From Octopus vulgaris (taxonomy: Eukaryota): DNA of 64,000 bases. The notes beneath the pieces were generated by a model that saw only the letters and a list, made by a program, of their open reading frames with translations, had not been told where the DNA came from and searched no databases. This document shows positions 37,431-50,859 of this stretch, one piece after another (the stretch's first letter is position 1; the number at the start of each line of letters is the position of its first letter). The translations under genes were made by a program, and so were the position numbers. Location of the stretch: the NCBI GenBank assembly GCA_951406725.2, contig OX597823.1:18290001-18354000 (forward strand). Direction: 5' to 3'.

Positions 37431-38874
37431 TGTTCATCATCATCATCATCATCATTTAGCGTCCGTTTTCCATGCTAGCATGGGTTGGACGGTTCTACTG
37501 GGGTCTGTCTTTTTATGTGCCACCGGCACGAGGGCTAGGCGAGGCTGGCAACGGACACGAAACGGGGCGGTGCTGGCAACGGTCGCGAAACGGAAAGTTC
37601 TCTTACATGCCACCGGCACTGGTAACACATCTGCAATTTCCATAATTTTAATCTTTCTGGACATGGAATGAATGCCTTAATCTTTTGGATGCGATCTGAT
37701 GAGGCACCGGACATTGTTGAGTCCAGCCTCTCTCAAAAGTCTGTGATAGTTTCAGTCACATGATGTTTATGAGGGATGACGATATTGCGATGTAATGTGG
37801 AAGAGGCTTTGTTTTGAGTATCACATGTAGCATCTGTGATTTTAATAATAGTAACATTAGAATGAATTGTTTAGCTATTGTACATTACTTTTTTAACGAC
37901 CAAATGTATGCGTGTGCACACACACACACACACACACAGACACTCACACACATGTGTTTTGCAGACATCATTCATCAGATGGTGTTTTCATAAAGCTTTA
38001 TTAAAATGCCATATGTCAAACGCTTGGTTGGTATGAAACCGAGTCCAGCTGCACAGACCTTCAAATTTCATTAAAAAAATAAGTAAATCTATACTTTGTT
38101 GATGATACTAGATTACAAATGTATATACATATGTATACGTATATGTATACAACAGAAGCTAAAGTTTCAAGATGATATCATTTCAAAAAGGATGGATGAA
38201 TGTTTGGGTGTATGTAAGTATGTTTGTGTTTGTGATGGTTGATTAAATGAACAAAGAGTATTCAATGCATTCATTGAGTGAAATATAAAATAATGCAACC
38301 CTTTATAGATGTAGTGTTAATTAATTAGGCAACATTAGAATGTTAAAAAAAAAAAAAGGACACCTCCAGTAGTGGATGACTGAGTGGAAATAGTGTAAGA
38401 AGTGCAATTCATAGCATTCAGATATCTTTAATGTTTGTAGGATTTTTAAAATATATGGATGATATAAACTTAGAGGTTAGCTCAGAGGTGGAGAAGAAAA
38501 GAAAGTATAAAAGAAACAAAAGGAAAAATTTTTTAAATATAAAAATAGGGAGCAGATAAACAGATGAAAGAAAAGAGGGAGACAACGGGCAGTGGAGAAA
38601 ATAAAAATGAGAAAACATTAAGATTAATTGAATGAATTCAAGAAAGCAGTAGAGGTGAAATGGTTTTGGAATATCAGCCAGTAAAGTATATGCACACAGT
38701 CATATGTATATACACATGGACATGAAACATGCATAAACTTAATACATCTACTGCATATGGAGTGCTCAAGGATAGAGGAGAGGATGACACTTGGTTGTGA
38801 TTAAAGGAAAAAGGTATAAGGTGAAGAACAGGTGCAAATTAAGTGTAGAACTGTTTAGTCTTGTGATAATAAAT

Positions 38875-39105
38875 TCCAGTTTTCCAGATACTTCTTGATG
38901 TGGCAACACTTTGATAAAATTTCAGACTTTGCACTTATATAGTTAGTAAAATTATTTAGGAATGAATCTCTTCTCAGCCGTACATAAACCACATCTTTTA
39001 TGCCTGTTTTTATTAGGTCATCTTCACTCAATCTTTCACCTGATGTTGAAGTCAGAAATATGTGTTCTTTCAAATACCAGATGTACTTGGACAATCTTGC
39101 AGCAA
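38875..39105 (-). mobile_element. Penelope-like element, GIY-YIG domain C-terminal remnant
   Basis: Frameshifted LSKYIWYLKE / DFNIR / KRCGLCTAEKRFI / KSEILSKCCHIKKYL, matching the Penelope pattern LSKYIW.LK..KRC.LC..EK..SEL.SKCRH..K. Confidence 0.8.
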
Positions 39106-39581
39106 CTTTTTTTATAAGTCCAAAGATATAAATCACATGCATGCATAGATGTTGCAATTGGTTGGGCTATTGGCAGCCTTAATATTGAACAGGAGAAGCA
39201 GTTACAACAACAATAACATAAGCAACATATCAACAACACACACACAAAATAACAACAACAACAACTACAACATATACCAATATGAAGCACCAACTCCAAA
39301 TATTTCAATTTACAAATGTATTGTTAATGATTTGTACCTGATGAAAATATAGTTAATTAGTTAAACTATTCTGAACTAAACGAGCCAAAACCAGAGGACC
39401 CAAAACTGTTGGGCCTGAAGCACTAAAGTAACAAAAAAAAAAAGGTTGTTAGCTTTGGTAGTAGATTAACTGATGTAAAAACTGTAGACCTTCCTGTTGT
39501 TATCTTTTATTATGAAGAGGCTGGCTTGAAGAAATAATGGAGAAGGAAAAAATAATTGTAAAAAAAATATACCTTACTTAC

Positions 39582-39602
39582 CCTAGGATCTAATTTGTCA
39601 GT
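39582..39602 (-). CDS. Candidate 21-nt microexon (TDKLDPR)
   Basis: tttacag|ACTGACAAATTAGATCCTAGG|gtaagt; phase 0, no stop; TACTAAC at 39658-39652. Confidence 0.7.
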
Positions 39603-39983
39603 CTGTAAATCATAACGGAAAGCAATATTTAATTGTCATGCACAAGTGAATGTTAGTAGCATACTATATGAATGTCATGGTTTATAGATGGGCATAGCCA
39701 GCCAGCCATTACATGCAAGTTTAGAGAGGGTGGCACACACACATGTTTGTGTGTGTAGACAGAGAGAGTGAAAGTGAGAATAATACAGAGAGAAGGAGAG
39801 ACAGATTGGAGGAGAAAGAGAAGAATGGAGAAAAAGAGGGGAGAGAAAGTCAAGAAGAGGAGGAGGAAGAGTGAGGAAAACAACCTAGCACTTACTGAAT
39901 TTACATTATAGTAGTTTAGGAAGATAGAACTTACATGTGTGTGGGTGTGCATTTGCACATATATATTTGTTCATATGTGTGTG

Positions 39984-40015
<32 letters not shown>

Positions 40016-40017
40016 CA

Positions 40018-40225
40018 TTTCTTTAATGCCCACAAGGGGCTAAACACAGAGAGGACAAACAAGGACAGGCAAATGGATTAAGTCGATTACATCGACCCCA
40101 GTGCGTAACTGGTACTTAATTTATCGACCCCCAAAAGGATGAAAGGCAAAGTCGACCTCAGCAGAATTTGAACACAGAACGTAACAGCAGACGAAAGCAT
40201 TTCGCCTGGCGCGCTAACATTTCTG

Positions 40226-40228
<3 letters not shown>
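40018..40228 (-). mobile_element. SINE family B
   Basis: Matches 2249-2481. Confidence 0.85.
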
Positions 40229-40273
<45 letters not shown>

Positions 40274-40696
40274 GATATATAAAAACTTACATATATCCAG
40301 ACATATATATACATATGCAAACATGCACACACACATGCAAGTTTAAGGCTTCCTTTTGTTTATCCTTTTTGGTTTTAATTAAATATTTAATCTTAATGAT
40401 TTAAGTTCAATCCTGCCATTATTAACATTATATTTCTTCCGAACAGTATTGATGACATAACGCATGTATTATATTAGGGACCATATCAACGACCAACATT
40501 AACCACCCACTTTTCCTTACCCATTGAGACAGTGCGCATACAGAAATTTGGATGTATTGAAATACACACACACACACAAACAGGAAGAGAAATAACTGAG
40601 CCCTTAACTGCCAACACTACACAACCATTTCCATTGAGTTAGGTCAGCTCCCTGTTAATAACTAGATTATTGCTAAGCATTTCACTTTCAACAGTG

Positions 40697-41077
40697 GAAG
40701 CACTCCGTCGGTTACAACGATGAGAGTTCCGGTTGATCCGAATCAACAGAACAGCCTGCTCGTGAAATTAACATGTAAGTGGCTGAGCACTCCACAGACA
40801 CATGCACCCTTAACGTAGTTCTCGGGGATATTCAGCGTGACACAGAGAGTGACAAGGCCGGCCCCTTGAAATACAGGTACAACAGAAACAGGAAGTAAGA
40901 GTGAGAGAAAGTTGTGGTGAAAGAGTACAGCAGGGATCACCACCCCCTGTCGGAGCCTCGTGGAGCTTTTAGGTGTTTTCGCTCAATAAACACTCACAAC
41001 GCCCGGTCTGGGAATCGAAACCGCGATCATATGACCGCGAGTCCACTGCCCTAACCACTGGGCCATTGCGCCTCCAC
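40697..41077 (-). mobile_element. SINE family E (family C-like head, different 3' half)
   Basis: TSD cactttcaacagtg at 40683-40696 and 41077-41090; A box tggcccagtgg, B box gtttcgattcc. Confidence 0.85.
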
Positions 41078-43204
41078 ACTTTCAACAGTGAAATACCACT
41101 GAAGATGTTAGCTTTAAACAGTTCATCATCTAGGGACAAGCCACTTTGGTGGATCCCATCCTTCTCTAAGTTATACTTACAAGAGGAATCAAAGCCAGAA
41201 CTACAAAATAACAATTTTACACCAGGGGGAGCTGACATAATGAAGGAACCTTCAGATGAATGCTCAACCAGGCTAGATGTAGTGACAAGATTTTCTTCAA
41301 GATACATGATATTGTCAACAAAAATGATGCATTGGATAATACTGTGACAGATATACTATGACTGAATAAAAACAAAACAGATGGCATGGTCGTGGTTGGA
41401 ACACCTTTGATCATCAGTCTGTTTGATCATCATTGACTTCAGTCTAAAGAAAAGCAACCACAGCAACAGTAATATCACTGCTTAGAGTAACAGATTGTTT
41501 TCATTTGAGGAACATATAACAAAGTAAAGTGGGCCATTTCAGAGCTGAGAGTCTTGACCATGAACAAAACAAAGGACTCTATGGTTAGTTAGCTTCAATT
41601 TCAATTCAGGGGGAGTTATAGGTAGTTGCAGCAATTCTCCCTTAAAAGTGATTTGGTGATTAAAAACATTTTGAAATCACAACATTAAGAGTTCAAACTC
41701 AGTGACAGAGTTGTTTCATTGATCATAATTAGCAACAGAATACCAAAGACTGGGTGTTTGGAATTTTTATGGCTTGTCAGGAGTGGGTGGGGTTGCCTAT
41801 CATCATTTTCGTAAGGTTTCTGAAAATGGTAGGGAGAAAAGAGGAAACCCCAATTTGTAAGTTGCTACAATAGGAGGGAGCACATTCAAATATTAAGGTA
41901 CCTTTAGATTGAAAACTTGGTCCAAATACTTGCAATGTTGGGCCACATGGTAGTGTTAAACTAAGTAAAGCTTTACATCCCCAGTAATATTATGTTAAAT
42001 TCCCTTCCTGGGACCATGTGGTACTGTTAAACTGAGAAGCAGTATTACATTCCTAACAATAACATCTATAAATTCTGGCCTGTTCTGTCGTTATCTTCAC
42101 TTGGTGCTATATATGATAAAAAAAAAAGTTTTGCGTAATGCCAGAGTATGAAAAGAAAAAAAAGATTACAGGTGAGAGGTGAGAATTGTCTTATTCACAA
42201 AATTGACTTTAATCAATGTAAAACAACAACATCAAATAAACATTGAACTTCCACATACCTTAGAGTTAGCGAGTAAAACAGTGCAAATGGAAATAGTGTG
42301 AATTTACAGAAGTGTACAACCCAACATTGAAATTAATAAATTGGAGGAAAAGTGGTGTTACAATAATGAATAAAAAAGAAGCAAAACAAAAAACCAATAC
42401 GACAAAATACTATATACAACATAGACAATGTGTTGAATTTTAAAGTGACCATCACTACTGAGAACATCATTAAACCCACTCCCAACCATCATCATAACAT
42501 CTGTCAACATCTACCATGCTATCATCATCATCATCATCATTATCATCACGATAGCCCCTATTGCTGTCACCATCATTATCATACAAATGAGGCAGCTCAA
42601 ATAAATTAGAGAAACTATATATGGTCCCTCAACATACTAGAAATAGCAACCAAATTACTCTCAAATCACAACCTCTTGTCTTACTAAAAAAATACAGGAA
42701 GAGCATACAAGGTGATGTGATTAACTCCAAGATATATTATGTCTAAAAAAATAAGATTGGAGGGTCAAGGATAGAACATGTTTGATCATAAGTCTGTTGG
42801 ATCAAAGCTGACCTTGAACTAAACAATAATAAACATCACCATCGTTCTTGACTCCCGTGGCTGCTATAACTGCTATTACCACCACTCCACCATCGTTACT
42901 ACTATTGCTATTATCTCCATTACTATTACTACTACTAATGCTATTTCTTTCATTATCACTACCAATATAACCATTATCACCACCAACACCACCACCATAA
43001 TCATTATCACCACAACAGCCACCAACCAATCCCTGATATTTACTATCATATCATCTCTATCCCCACTACCAACACAACACTTTTGTTGCTATCACTATCA
43101 TCACCACCACCTCCAGTTTACTGTTGTCTCCATCATCAATATCACCACCACCTTCAGAACCATCATCGTTATCATCATCATCTTCATCACTGTCTTGCAA
43201 GTTA

Positions 43205-43880
43205 GTTAGTGACCTCACATGTAACAAGTATCCAGTCTACTGTGTAAAGTGGTTGGCATTAGGAAGGGCATCCAGCCGTAAAATCTATGCCATAACACAC
43301 CTCACTGGTGCTGGTGACACATAAAAATCATCCAGTCCACTCTGTAAAGTAGATGGCATTAGGAAGGGCATCCAGCTGTAAATTCAATGCCAAAAAAACC
43401 CCACTGGTGCTGGTGCGACATAAAAAGCACCCAGTCCACTCTGTAAAGTGGCTGGCATTAGGAAGGGCATCCAACCATAAAAAACCCTACCAAAACAGTG
43501 CTGGTGCCACGTGAAACACATTCAGTCTACTGTGTAACGTGGATGGCATTAGGAAGGGCATCCAGCTGTAAATTCTATGCCAAACAGGCCTCACTAGTGC
43601 TGGTGCGACATAAAAAGCACCCAATCCACTCTGTAAAGTGGTTGGCATTAGGAAGGGCATCCAGCTGTAAAATCTATACCAAACAGGCCTCACCAGTGCC
43701 TGTGCAATATTAAAAGCACCTAGTCCACTCTGTAAAGTGGCTGGCATTAGGAAGGGCATTCAGCCATAGAAACCAAGCCAAAACAGGCAGTGGAGCTTGG
43801 TGTAGTCCTCTATCTTACCAGCCCCTGTCAAACCGTCCATCCCATGCCAGCATGGAAGACAGATTTTACACGATGATGAT
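43205..43880 (+). repeat. Tandem array of the RTE terminal module (~80-100 bp, 6 units) plus tail
   Basis: ggcattaggaagggcat repeated six times. Confidence 0.9.
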
Positions 43881-44046
43881 AGTCATCATCACCTCGAGTG
43901 TGCTGTTGTCTTTATCCCCACCACTATCACCTTCACCACCAATGTTATCATCATCATCACCACCATAAACATCAGCACAACCAGTTCTATAGCTATCACC
44001 ATCATCATTACAACTATCATTATCACCAACACTTCCAGTGAGTCCA

Positions 44047-44200
44047 CACCCCCACCGTCATCCCCAGCACCCCCACCGTCATCCCCAGCACCCCCACCGT
44101 CATCCCCAGCACCCCCACCGTCATCCCCAGCACCCCCACCGTCATCCCCAGCACCCCCACCGTCATCCCCAGCACCCTTACCATCATCCCCAGCATCATC
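44047..44200. repeat. 21-bp minisatellite (cacccccaccgtcatccccag)
   Basis: About 7 units. Confidence 0.95.
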
Positions 44201-46069
44201 CCTGCGCTTCCACCATCACCACCGGCATTATTGACATCACCAGTAACAGCATCATGATCATTATGACCATCGGTGCTTTCACCATCACCATCAGTGCAAT
44301 CCGATTTTTTTTAGCCATCACCATCACCAACAGCTTAAATAGTTTTCAGAAAAAAGAATACCTTAATAAAACTAAAGATATAGGGGTCAAATGTTAAATA
44401 GAAGGCTTTTGTTTATATCTTCTATAGAAATGGAACCTAAATATGTGAAGGGAAACATTCTAGAATGGTACAACAGGGCACAAGTAACAAATACAATTGG
44501 GATTGTACTTGACCAACTGGGACCCTATTTAACCAACAAGGATCCAATTTAACTAAATTGGACACTACTTGACCAATCAGAACACTACTTGATCGATAGG
44601 ATCCCTGATGGTCCACTGTTTATAGTAGATCAACATAAAACACACACACATAAGGTTATGGTCCTTGTGACAGTGTAACAGTAGTACTGTGGTGCAGATA
44701 CACCTATTACAGTTATGGTGCAGACACAATCTTGAAATTAATACAGATACAATTGTGATACAATATGGTATGCATAACTGTGACACAATGTGGCACAAAT
44801 ACATTTGTGGCACTGTGATACAGAGACTGATCTGGTACTGTGATGCATACAGTCATAACGTTCTGATACAGTCATTAACGAAGCAAAATTTCTCTGATAA
44901 TTGCTGTAAAATGTCTGTTTGATCAGGCAATTGAAGCAGCAAATTTGATTGGAAAATTAATGTGACAAGTTTAATCAGATAGTGTTACAAGTTAGGACAA
45001 CACAACTGGTGTAACAAGACAGATGAAATAATTAGAGTTATAAGTTTGATCAAATAGTTTTTGTTTAAAGTTTGATCTGATAATTAGCATAACAGGTCTT
45101 GTTTTCATTACAGATATGATAATTTGGACCAGAAAGTAGAATCATAGTTTGTTAAAAAAAAATATCCATGTAACAAGTTTTATAGAAAAAATAGGGTGTA
45201 ACACATTTAGTCAGAAGATCAAGTGAAACCTTATTAGATCAGAAAATGTAATGATATTATACTTAGTCAGGTAAATGAGCTAAACTAAATAGGTGGGTTT
45301 AAGAATATACTACTACTGTAACCAAGGAAGCATTTAAATGCTTAATTACATAGATTTATGGCCCTGTGATGTGGATACAACTGCGGAATTGAAACACAGA
45401 TACAGCCAGCTCAGTGCAGATATAGTTGTGATACTGTGACACAGACAGTTGTGACATTTGTGATGTAGATACAGTTATGGAATTGTTATGCTGATACAGC
45501 TGTGGCACATTATGACACAGCTGCAGCCATGACAGTGTAGGGCATGGAGTAAGAATATCATTCAATTAACTGTGTAAAGAATAAAAGTATTATTGGAATT
45601 GATATATAAGAACAGACCAAATATAAAAGAAACTTAGAGGGGGACAATCAAGCCTTGCACAGAATTCCACTGAATAACTGTTAGGGAAGGGAAGAGAAAG
45701 GGACCACAGTATATCTGGTTTTACAATTGGCACAGAAATTGGTGTAGAATTACTAATAGACTAATTTGAAGGCATTTAATTTATGCTATTAGCTACCATT
45801 TTCTGAATTATTTAATTTTAAATAATACCCTGTCCTGTCTCCATGCCAACAAATAAACATGTCTAAGTTTATTCAATAATTTTCTGGTTAATATTCTAGA
45901 GTGGTGGTCTTTCATGATCCTGTGTATGTCAGGCAAAGTGATTTGCCATATTTAGTTACAGCTCTTTACATATTGGGTACAAATCCCACAAGGGATCCAC
46001 TTTGCTTCTCCTGGGGTCGATAAGCTAAAATAGCAGTGAAATAGTGGTATATATTTAATTGACCCTATT

Positions 46070-46365
46070 CTGTGGCTGATGCCAGTACCCCCTGACTGGC
46101 CCCCATACCAGTGGTGTGTAAAAAGCACTATCCAAACATGATCGATGCCAGGCCCACCTGACTGGCTCCTGTGCCAGCGGCACATAAGAAGCACCCACTA
46201 CACTCTTGAAGTGGTTGGTATTAGGAAGGGCATCCAGCAGAAGAAACATTGCCAGATCAGATTGGAGCCTGATACAGCTGCTGGCTCTCCAGACCTCAGT
46301 CAAACCATCCAACCCATGCCAGCAGGGAAAACGGACGTTAAATGATGATAATGATGATGATAATG
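46070..46365 (+). mobile_element. RTE 3' UTR fragment
   Basis: Tandem units, terminal module, GAT tail. Confidence 0.85.
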
Positions 46366-46496
46366 ACTCATCCGCCAAATATCTGGAATGGGGCCAATGT
46401 CAGATATTACTGTTTGAGCGAGCAAGCTAGTGGAAAGCTACTCTTTAGTTGAGCATCCCTAAGAATTTGATGCTTCTTTCACTATTCAAAGAGGAT

Positions 46497-46765
46497 ACAC
46501 GTGGCCTAGTGGTTAGGGTGTTGAGTCATAATCAGTAGGTTGTGGTTCAATTCTCTGATGGGGAATTGTGTGTCTTTGATCAAGGCAATTCATTTCAATT
46601 TAGTCCAGTACATTCAGGTGAAATTGGGTACCAGCAGCATGTTGGGTTAACTCAGTGACAAATTAGCATTCCATTCAGGAGGGAATCTTTTTACTGTCAA
46701 CCTAAACACCTTGAAAATCCAGTTAAGCTCTTGCCTCAGGAATCAATAGGCTCAAGGTAGACTTC
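46497..46765 (+). mobile_element. Old tRNA-headed SINE
   Basis: A box tggcctagtgg, B box ggttcaattc. Confidence 0.6.
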
Positions 46766-46910
46766 ACTGCTCAATATTCTAAGCATTTAGATATGCTATC
46801 ACCTATCTAATTATTATTTATCATGCAAGCAGAGTGTCTCCGATTTATGAACTGTTAACCATTTCTATTTCTCTTTGCTAACAAATAAATATATATTTAC
46901 AGCATATATA

Positions 46911-47293
46911 GGCGCAGGAATGGCTGTGTGGTAAGTAGCTTGCTAACCAACCACATGGTTCCGGGTTCAGTCCCACTGCGTGGCATCTTGGGCAAGTGTC
47001 TTCTGCTATAGCCCCGGGCTGACCAATGCCTTGTGAATGGATTTGGTAGACAGAAACTGAAAGAAGCCTGTCGTATATATGTATATATATATATATGTAT
47101 GTGTGTATGTGTTTGTGTGTCTGTGTTTGTCCCCCTAGCATTGCTTGACAACCGATGCTGGTGTGTTTACGTCCCCGTCACTTAGCGGTTCGGCAAAGGG
47201 CTTACAAACAATAAGTCCCAGAGTCGATTTGCTCGACTAAAAGGCAGTGCTCCAACATGGCAGCAGTCAAATGACTGAAACAAGTAAAAGAGT
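46911..47293 (+). mobile_element. SINE family A
   Basis: Near-full copy. Confidence 0.9.
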
Positions 47294-47611
47294 TTTACAG
47301 CATATATTTACTTCACAATTTGTTTGTTCAATCTTTAAACAAGTTACAGAGAATCTACGCATCCACTGACAAACATCCAGTAAATTAAAGAAAACATATC
47401 CAATGTTGTGTACCAAAGCTTCAAAAAGTAGACAAATATTTCTTTCAACACATGTTTCAACTTTCTCAAGCATTTTAATATTTTAAATGTTAAATTAGCT
47501 TTCTCCCGTCTCACTATTGTTTAATCACATAGATAAGATCTACCGGATTTGCTGTCTACTAGAAGAAAGTAAAAGTTAAAGCATTTACCATATTTTACAA
47601 AACAAAATAGT

Positions 47612-48172
47612 GTTATTGGAACTACCGTATAAAGAATAAGAGTACAAAAGGATCTATTGTGAAAGTAGTAAGAATATTATCAGATCTATTGTAAAAAGAT
47701 TAAAGAGTATTATTGGACCTATACTTTAATGACTTAATTATTATTATTGGATTTACTGTATAAAGATTAAAGATTATTATTGGATCTATGGTATAATGAT
47801 TAAAAGAGTATTATTGGATCTACTATTTAAAGACTAAAGATTATTATTGGATCTACTGTATAAAGACTAAAAGAGTATTTATTGGATCTACTATATAAAG
47901 ACTAAAGATTATTATTGGATCTACTGTATTAAGACTAAAAGAGTATTTATTGGATCTACTATATAAAGACTAAAGATTATTACTGGATTACTGGATCTAC
48001 TGTATAATGACTAAAAGAGTATTATTGGGTCTACTTTATAAAGACTAAACAGTATTATTGGATTTCCTGTATGATGACTAAAGAGTATCATTGGATTTAC
48101 TGCAAAAAAACTAAAGAGTATTGTTGGATCTATTGCATAATGGCTAAAGGAGTATTATAGGATTTATTGTGT
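47612..48172. repeat. ~31-35 bp minisatellite (tattattggatctactgtataaagactaaaagag)
   Basis: Roughly 16 diverged units. Confidence 0.9.
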
Positions 48173-48346
48173 AAGAAAGAGTGAAGAGAGTACTTTGAGA
48201 GGTAAAAAAGAATAGGTTGATAAAGTATGTTAACGTCTTTGAAGAAAGCAAAGCAAATGTTAGTTGTGCAAAACTACTAAATGAGACCATGCTAAACCCA
48301 AAAAGCAACATGCTAAGAAACAAGGTGCGTATTGAGATATGCTAAC

Positions 48347-48625
48347 CCTTTTAACTGAGGAATCTCCGAGATTGTTTCTTGTGGGCTGGTTGAACAGAGC
48401 TCGCAGTCTAGTCACCGATGGAAGCTCAACAGAAACTTTGGAGTCAAACTCTGATCGGCTTGCAGGAATGTCTTTCTCTCGGCTCACACCAACCAGTTTT
48501 TGCGGCGTCTTAAGAGAGTCCTTGTGAAAAGCCGAACTGAAATCTGCAGACATGTGTGGCAGTGAGGCAGTTTGATGATCGAGTGTGTTTTGATGTTGCT
48601 CGACAGATTTCTCAATGGATGCAAC
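48347..48625 (-). CDS. Internal exon of MyRIP/melanophilin-like gene (VASIEKSVEQ...ELPSVTRLRALF...SSVKR)
   Basis: Acceptor ctcttaatag at 48627-48626, 279 nt, phase 0; donor gttagc is weak, so the 3' boundary is less sure. Confidence 0.85.
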
Positions 48626-48709
48626 CTATTAAGAGGGAGAAAAACAATCCAGGAACGACATCTTTCAGATAATTCTAGCTTTCACTTCAACTAAAGATTG
48701 TTTGTTTTT

Positions 48710-48745
<36 letters not shown>

Positions 48746-49496
48746 AGTAGAAAAATGAAATATCTTTTTATGGATAATTCGTTTAACCGATACCTGGGTA
48801 GCAAATTCACATCAGAAATAACACGGTTGAAGTTAAGTGCCTAGGGCAGAGACTACGTGTTTTCGTGTGGAAATTTGTGTGTATTTTTATAAAATTTATG
48901 TTGACATAAATTCCTTGTTTTTCCTGATGAGAAAGCAGCATAATGTACTCCTTAGGAAATTTGTTAATTTGTTGTTCAACTCCATTTTTTTATTTATTCA
49001 TAAATTTTATATATATATATATGAATATATTTTGATTATTCTGTTTGGTTTTATTGACCCTAAGTTAATATTATATTTTAAATCCTGGAACAAAAGATAA
49101 TAAATTAAAAGGAAACTCCAAATACAAAGTATCCTTATAGCAGTTATAAACATTAAGAAAACCATGGGGTGTCTCGGTATTAAATGGAAGAGGCTGGTTA
49201 TTTTCGTAATTATGGTTTGATTGTGTTTAATTGCCTGTAGCTTAAATGAGGACATGTTTTGGTTGTTTATCGTCCCTAGTGGGAATATACTAATATTCTC
49301 CAAAGATTAGGAATTTAATCTTAGCGATTCTACTTAAACCCTTAATTAAATAATTGCTTCAAATTTTGGTACAAAACCAGCAATTTTAGTGGTGTTTTAT
49401 CTTAGTGACCCTGAAAGGATGAAAAACAAAGTTAGCCTCAGTAGGATTTGAACTCAGAAGAAATGTCTGATGTGATAATTTAGTGAATCTTCTACC

Positions 49497-49545
<49 letters not shown>

Positions 49546-49565
49546 TAATAATAATAATAATAAAT

Positions 49566-50237
49566 GCCTTGATGCAGTACCAGACAGTGGCTCTCATGGT
49601 TTCTGATCTTAACTGATTGGAAGTGTTATCATGTACGTTGTTTTGTCTTGGTATAAAAGATGGGCTACAGCAAATATTCTGCTCAACACCCCAGATCTGC
49701 TTGTCAGTTGTTTGACCTTAAACCAGTTGAGCATGTCCCTTAGTGGCTGACGACATGTGCCTCTCTGATCATGAGCAGAATTAGTGGAACAGCATCATAG
49801 CCATGTGTTGAGAGGGATTCTTTGGAGTTTGAATAATCCACTTCTGGAACATGGGTGTTTTGTTCAACATCCTTAAACAACCCTTATTCAGGGACCTTTT
49901 GAGTGGAATGGGTTACTCGACTAGAAGAAAATTCTAACTGGGGCCCACCTGCAAGGTCATGTGCTGTTTATCTTGATATGTGATCACCATGTTGCACACA
50001 CATGGTTGTGATGCATGTGCCTAGTGTACCCTTATCAGACGGGTAGTCATGATGGGTATACTGGGCTTCGTATATTTTACCCCAGTGTCATTTTGATGGC
50101 ATGCACTGCTCTCTCACTCAATAATAATAATAATGTGCCTGGTGCACCCTTATCAGACGGGTAGTCATGATGGGTATACTGGGCTTCATATATTTTATCC
50201 CAGTGTCACTTTGATGGCATGCACTGTTCTCTCACTC
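49566..50237 (+). mobile_element. (AAT)n-embedded element copy 2 plus a repeated 3' ~105 bp
   Basis: Full copy 49566-50119, extra end 50133-50237, each followed by (AAT)n. Confidence 0.9.
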
Positions 50238-50264
50238 AATAATAATAATAAGCCTTTCTAAAAC

Positions 50265-50652
50265 AGCACAAGACTTGAATTTTTTTTGTGGTGGGCTAGT
50301 CAATTACATCATTGTCCTCAAAAGGATGAAAGGTGAAGTCAACCTCAGTGGAATTTGAACTCAGAATGTAAGAGTGGACAAAATACTGTTAGGCATTTTG
50401 CCCAGTATGCTTACAATTCTGCCAGCTCGCCACCTTAATAATAATGATAATAATAATAATACTAATTATTTCAAATTTTTGCCACAAGGGCAGTTTGGGA
50501 GAGGGGATCACATCAATTACATCGACCCCAGTGTATAACTGGTACTTATTTAATCAGCCCTGGCGGAATTTGAACCCAGAACATAGCAACAGTCAGAATA
50601 TCACGAAGTACCTTGCTTGGCGTGCTAAAGATTCTACCAGCTCACCGCCTTT
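50265..50652 (-). mobile_element. Two diverged SINE B-related copies
   Basis: ctgccagctcgccacctt and accagctcaccgcctt heads; aaaggatgaaagg core in the first. Confidence 0.7.
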
Positions 50653-50703
<51 letters not shown>

Positions 50704-50859
50704 CTAAGAATAGTAATACAGACGAATATAAATATAAGATTGAGGTCTGTCTGGGGTTTGTAATATTTATTGAGCTCAGTTTCCTGTAAAGAAAGTATGG
50801 CCCTACAATGCTCAAGAAGTCAGTTAAAGGGCCATTTATGAAAGATTCTGATGGAGGAG

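Noticed and set aside
44038-44397. His/Pro-rich ORF (HPHRHPQ)n
   Set aside because: A 21-bp minisatellite with no convincing splice signals, antisense within an intron.
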